From Rotaria sordida (lineage: Eukaryota): DNA of 11,149 nt. Positions 10,015 through 11,149 of the stretch are shown piece after piece (the stretch's first letter is position 1; each line of letters opens with the position of its first letter). Made by a program: the position numbers and the translations under genes. The notes beneath the pieces were generated by a model. The model had not been told where the DNA came from, searched no databases, and saw only the letters and a program-made list of their open reading frames with translations. The stretch is taken from positions 135,875 through 147,023 of the forward strand of contig CAJNOH010000272.1 in NCBI GenBank assembly GCA_905250005.1, in the 5' to 3' direction.

Positions 10015-10076
10015 GGAGGGTGTGGGCGTAGGTGTAGCTATATATCTTTCCTTTACTCACATCCACATCCACACCC
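10015..10076. repeat. Telomere-hexamer palindrome, copy E: GGAGGGTGTGGGCGTAGGTGTA – loop – TCACATCCACATCCACACCC.
   Basis: An imperfect inverted repeat with the same G-arm then C-arm orientation and an AT-rich loop. Confidence 0.6.
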
Positions 10077-10115
10077 ATTTTCTTGAAAGAAATATTTCAA
10101 TCTTGTCAATGGAAT

Positions 10116-10343
10116 TTCATCGGAAAGCAGTTCGTAGAGTAGCTCGATCGAGTCCATTCAGCTGATCACATTCCGCGCATATCTCAATCGAAAGTATGTC
10201 CGATGTACACAAACCAGGTACATTATGCAAATAGCCTTTCAATTCTCGCCCATCAGGATAGATCAGAAAATTTTCGTCATATGCTCCACTCGTGATTCCC
10301 GCAAAACTATTCTGAGAATTGCAGTTTGGACATGTTATTTCTA
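10116..10343 (-). CDS. Candidate coding exon(s), Cys-rich: ...CPNCNSQNSFAGITSGAYDENFLIYPDGRELKGYLHNVPGLCTSDILSIEICAECDQLNGLDRATLRTAFR*.
   Basis: A 76-codon open frame with no Met sits in a locally GC-enriched patch, and the opposite strand is also partly open. CxxC...CxxC spacing is present. A possible acceptor is 'caattctcag'. It is not assignable to a family by eye and may belong to a gene downstream of the NHL locus or be non-coding. Confidence 0.25.
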
Positions 10344-10959
10344 CTTAATTCTTCTATAACTAAGATTATGAATTTCGTAAACTTTAAGGTGAACAGTTGA
10401 AATGTAGAGGCAGCTTCGAATCAAAAGACAACAACCGTATGAGTTTGTTGGAACATTACGTTTTCTCGTGTCTTCACATTTTCTATTTCAAAATTTTTCC
10501 ACCCAAATATTTATTATGAAACTTCGCAAAGGGAATCAAAAGATGCAGAATTTCATATGGAATATTGTAGTATCTTTGGAATTATAGGAGAATGATCATT
10601 GAAAAACTTTTATCATATTTTTTCGTGTCCATGCTCACGCGGGTGGTCCGTTGAATAAGTGTCCAACTTTCAAATACTACGTTTACAAGAAACGTTCTCG
10701 GAAAAACGAAGTCGATAGTGTTGTAGAAAAAAAAATTTCATTAAATGTGAACAGAATTCAATTTCCAAACGACTTCTTAGTGCGTCAAAAACTGAAAACA
10801 AAAAGTTGGCCATTATTTATGGGGCATCTGTTAGTTAGCTAAATAGGTAATTAACTGAATCAACAGATATATTATTAGCTAGTTTGGTTGGATTTATTCG
10901 ATCGACAGACTTTCAAAGAAAAGGTCTTCTACATATGACTTCTTAGTTTCAATATGTAG

Positions 10960-10965
10960 ATTGAG
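10960..10965 (-). promoter_or_regulatory. Candidate poly(A) signal (AATAAA on the minus strand) for the NHL-repeat gene.
   Basis: The minus strand reads 'gcAATAAAtgc' about 35 nt downstream of the TGA. Confidence 0.3.
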
Positions 10966-10997
10966 TAGCATTTATTGCAACCTCAAAACGAGAGAGA

Positions 10998-11149
10998 TCA
11001 TACAGACACCAGTTCAAATTTTTGCACTCGATAGTTTCCCCAATCGACGACATAAAGATTAGCGTGTCTGTCGAAGGACAATCCCAAGGGATAAGACAAT
11101 TGATGTGAGCCATTTCCATCGTCATTTCCACCAACCACGACGTTCCCCT
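10998..11149 (-). CDS. NHL-repeat protein, 3'-terminal partial CDS (gene continues beyond the window end). It encodes ...GNVVVGGNDDGNGSHQLSYPLGLSFDRHANLYVVDWGNYRVQKFELVSV*.
   Basis: The translation fits the NHL blade consensus (G.G..Q...P.G...D..GN.YV.D..N.R.Q.F). The TGA stop at 10998–11000 is followed on the minus strand by AATAAA (plus 10960–10965). An alternative GT donor at 11009 would allow splicing onward and is not excluded. Confidence 0.6.
   Translation of the reverse strand, partial: GNVVVGGNDDGNGSHQLSYPLGLSFDRHANLYVVDWGNYRVQKFELVSV

Noticed and set aside
1525-10076. A CRISPR array or prokaryotic repeat system formed by the recurring GGGTGTGGGTGT elements
   Set aside because: The repeats are inverted pairs rather than direct repeats, the spacing is irregular (1.6–4 kb), and the surrounding genes are spliced eukaryotic genes with poly(A) signals. 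This is not a CRISPR architecture.
1525-10076. Intramolecular G-quadruplexes in the G-rich arms
   Set aside because: Each arm carries only two GGG runs where four are needed. Pairing with the C-rich partner arm is a far more stable alternative.
10651-10842. 63-aa plus-strand ORF (MNKCPTFKYY...)
   Set aside because: It is basic and low-complexity with no homology cue. It lies in the probable 3' flank of the NHL gene and is likely noncoding.

Overview
This is an AT-rich (~30% GC) eukaryotic window, almost certainly metazoan. Gene models use short GT-AG introns (58–76 nt) and AATAAA poly(A) signals, and nothing in it looks prokaryotic. Three protein-coding loci are supported. The first (minus strand, 406–985) is the 5' part of an SLC7/LAT-type amino-acid transporter spread over four exons; the translated exons align with the conserved 'GSGIF...ALCYAELGT' core of that family. 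The second (plus strand, 7623–8447) is a 274-aa single-exon ORF. Its N-terminal domain carries an 'IIWLD...DC...HIFFITSGLLG' motif that, from memory and not checked, resembles an uncharacterised domain family expanded in bdelloid rotifers and often fused to TPR/NHL/ART modules. The third (minus strand, 10998–11149) is a clear NHL-repeat blade, a terminal partial CDS continuing past the window end. A Cys-rich open frame at 10116–10343 (minus) may be a further exon. The most unusual signal is a dispersed family of 5–6 imperfect palindromes, all in the same orientation, with unrelated loops. Their arms are two units of the hexamer GGGTGT on one side and ACACCC on the other. TGTGGG is the telomeric repeat reported for bdelloid rotifers. 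Together with the protein families and intron size this points to a bdelloid origin, but that is inference. A ~210-bp MITE-like element with ~40-bp terminal inverted repeats flanked by TA lies at 4776–4984, inside a ~2.7-kb ORF-free AT-rich stretch. Several six-frame ORFs in the supplied track are judged spurious.
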